From Histomonas meleagridis 2922-C6/04-290x (lineage: Eukaryota; Protista; Parabasalia): a DNA stretch of 64,000 nt. The notes beneath the pieces are model-generated. The model ran no database searches. It was not told the DNA's origin and saw only the letters and a list, made by a program, of their open reading frames with translations. The stretch is taken from NCBI GenBank assembly GCA_020184695.1, contig JAANOX010000266.1, positions 1 to 64,000 of the forward strand, given 5' to 3'. A program made the position numbers and the translations under genes. This document shows, one piece after another, positions 61,046-64,000 of the stretch; within the stretch, counting starts at the first letter, position 1, and every line of letters starts with the position of its first letter.

Positions 61046-62134
61046 TGTAATACTTACGATTAAAAATAAACAATATTTCTGCCTAATGATGTACTTATTA
61101 TTTATTGAAATATTAAGATTTTTGATAAAACATGACAGATAATAAAACCTTATATTATAACAAAATGAAAAAATCGTTCTATTACATTATTACAAATTTG
61201 AATATATAAATAAATATTCAACTGTTTTTAACTTTTATTGGTTAATCAATAAGTTTAGTTCATATCAAATCTAAAAATTCGAATTTTTCAATAATGCAAA
61301 ATTATAATTAATGTCGTATCTCAGTTTTATACTTGGGTTTATATTTTGTAATTATCTTTATTTATTTAAATAATGTTGTTTAAATTCTAAAAATACGATT
61401 AAAACTCATTGAAAAAAGCCTAAAAGTCAAAACAAGAAAATAGGTTTTGAAAAATATTCATTTCGTAATTATATAGATTAAATCCAATTTATTATTAGTA
61501 AAAAAATTACATGGATGTATAAATTATATAAACAGAGTATAATATTAATATTTATTGAAATGTGTTCGCAAATTACATTTAAAATTTTTATCTTCAAATT
61601 TTCAATATCTCTCTATCATTTGATTTTGATTTATTATGCGATTATATATTTGTAATTTATTTTGTTTTATCACTTATATTCATCCCTCTCTATTCATTTT
61701 AAAATTTATTTTTTTATATTGAATGCAATTTGATCGATTTGAATTCAATTTTTTTGATGTGCTTTTTGATGCATATTCCGTTTTTTGTTTTTTCTCTCTT
61801 ATTTTCTTGGATTCTAAATTTGTTTCATAAAATATATTATCATATTATTAAATGGAATTTCGCATATTAATTTCAGGATTGAATTTTGCTTTCATGATGA
61901 TTTTTTCATCATTTTTCTTAATTTTCTTCCTTTTCTTAATTTTCTTCAATTTTTTCTTTTTCAGGACCATATAAAGAAAAATAATAAGAATGTAATATAA
62001 CAACGATTTTTTCATCTTATTTTAATATAAAATTTAATTATCTGTCATATTTTATCAAAAATCTTAATATTTCAATAAACAATAAGTACATCATTAGGTC
62101 GAAATATCGTTTATTTTTGATCGTAAGTATTACA
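61046..62134. mobile_element. MITE-like element with ~150-bp imperfect TIRs (different family)
   Basis: tgtaatacttacgat..cctaatgatgtacttatt..attgaaatattaagatttttgataaaa..tgacagataa at 61046-61195 is inverted at ~61988-62134. Confidence 0.75.
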
Positions 62135-63530
62135 CAAGTATCCCAGACGTACACTAGTACTTGAATTAATTTTTGAATATTTCAAAATTATCCAAACTAA
62201 AAAATAATAAATAATTCCCATATGGAATTTTATATAAAAGCTATTCATAAAAAAAATTAGTATAATTATGATAATATAATTTCATAATAGTTTATACGAC
62301 TTATTTTATATTTCTTCAATTTTAAATCTCTAAATTATATGATGTTTTTTAATAATAAAAATATACAAAATTTAACAAAATCCAAAATATTATTTCGAAA
62401 AATTCAATAATTAAAATAGATATAAAAGCAAGTCTCATAATTTATTAAAGTTTGGATTTATTTTTTGCCGAAGGTGAAAAATATAGAAATTTTTTTCTCA
62501 ATCAGTTGATATCATTTCACATGTTCAAGCGGTTATAAGTCAAATTTGAATGTATGGACGTATAAAAATCACTCAATCAGCTCATATCGTTCTCAATAAC
62601 AATTTTAGATTAAAGCTCAAGAAACCGTGGTATTGAATCATATTCGGAAAAATAGAGAAATCAACATCATTACATATAATGTCAAATAAGTTGAAAAATG
62701 TAATATATTCAAAATTGAGTAGCACATGAGTAATATGAGATAAAAGGAATCGATAAATGTATCTCAAGTCAGTATTTTAAAGATAAGTTGCAAATTGCAT
62801 TTGTATAGATATTTATTTATTTATTCAATAAAATTGAACAATCTGCTAATATACAAAAAAAAAAAAAATACATCAAATAAACCCAATGATTGAGAATCGT
62901 TTTTTAGAAAAAAATGTATCGTTTGTCCCAAGATACCCCAATAATATGTATCTACACAGAAACTAATATGATTCTATTTATCATTTTTTTCCTTTTTTCT
63001 TATTACTCTACACCTAATTTTTTTTCACTTTTTATTTTTTTTTTAATTTTTTTTTAATTTTTTTTTATAAATTTCATGTAAATTGATATCTAATTCCTTC
63101 TAATTTATATACAAAAGAATGATATTGAAATTAAATTTTAATCAGCCACTATATATATGCCTTAGCATTCTATTATGCATTATTTATAATATAAATAAAC
63201 TCTAAGAGTATCTATATATTATATAAAATGAAAAGTATTTAATATATATATAGAATTAGAAATATATTAATTCTAGCAAGCAAAATTTTAATTTTAATAT
63301 ATCCAATGATCTTTTCACTGAAAAACTTGGAAAGTTTTGAATAGTTTATATGTCCAGCGGCTGATATTTTAAACTGAGTTTTTAAATCTGGGCTGTCGGT
63401 TTTATTGAAATATGTTTGAAAAAAAGACGATAAGCGATGGTACTCAGATAACATCTATCCAAAATCCTCAGAATTTTTTATAAGGTATCATAATTCTTTT
63501 ATTGAAAATTACTTTTTGAGCAGCCCAAAT

Positions 63531-63866
63531 TTATTTTGAATGAAAATTTTCAACTTTTTCAAAAAAACATGGGTTGCAAAAATTTTTAAATGCTCGAGCA
63601 CGAATTTTGATCGCAAATTCTTTAATTTCATTTTTCGGTCTCCCCAACTTAGTACACCACCGTCCATATGGTGGTGGGGTTTTTTTGTTCCACTTCGCTA
63701 ATTTCTTCAAAATATATTGTTGTTCGGATTCAGTAAATTCCTTACCTTCTTTTTTATAGAAGCTTGGAAGATTTGGGTCCCAGTTTGCGATCATCTCAGA
63801 CTTAGAATACAATGGATATTCATCAAGGATGACAGGATCATTCGTGAAGCGATGTTCTTTGCTCAT
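63531..63866 (-). CDS. Hypothetical protein, possibly Myb/SANT-like
   Basis: ATG-initiated 111-aa ORF; KEFTESEQQYILKKL..W...GRPKNEIKEF loosely like a Myb repeat. Confidence 0.4.
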   Translation of the reverse strand: MSKEHRFTNDPVILDEYPLYSKSEMIANWDPNLPSFYKKEGKEFTESEQQYILKKLAKWNKKTPPPYGRWCTKLGRPKNEIKEFAIKIRARAFKNFCNPCFFEKVENFHSK

Positions 63867-64000
63867 TCGGAGTTAATCGTTTATGCATTCTCCGTTTAAG
63901 TTACAAACAATTTTGATTCTGTCTCGAAAACTTAACACTAGATTATTTATCACATACATTGGTATCTCATCCCATATTTGCTTAAGAAGTTCTATTAATT

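Overview
This is AT-rich, intron-poor eukaryotic DNA, most consistent with a parabasalid (trichomonad/Tritrichomonas/Histomonas-like). Supporting signs are tightly packed genes, stop codons often read as TAAA, a 23-nt intron and BspA-type surface proteins. The window has two compartments. About 0.3-25 kb is a dense block of mostly intact housekeeping genes: LRR protein, proteasome beta, PP2A B56, EAF, Tctex-1, SBDS, RING, PRCC, Notchless, PDI-like, a giant HECT ligase and a GT47. It also holds an intact stand-alone prim-pol (AEP) gene of virus/plasmid type. About 25-64 kb is a repeat and pseudogene zone with long-TIR non-autonomous elements, decayed ISL2EU/Harbinger-like and Mutator-like transposases, pseudogenes (Hsp70, metacaspase, Rei1/ZNF622) and frameshifted surface-protein genes. 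The most notable feature is a small virus-like cassette present as two diverged, oppositely oriented copies (33.3-34.9 kb and 38.4-42.2 kb). It has three unknown genes (X, Y, Z). The second copy also carries a compact, decayed family-B DNA polymerase with a putative N-terminal OTU-like domain. All family assignments come from motif recognition by eye; no searches were run.
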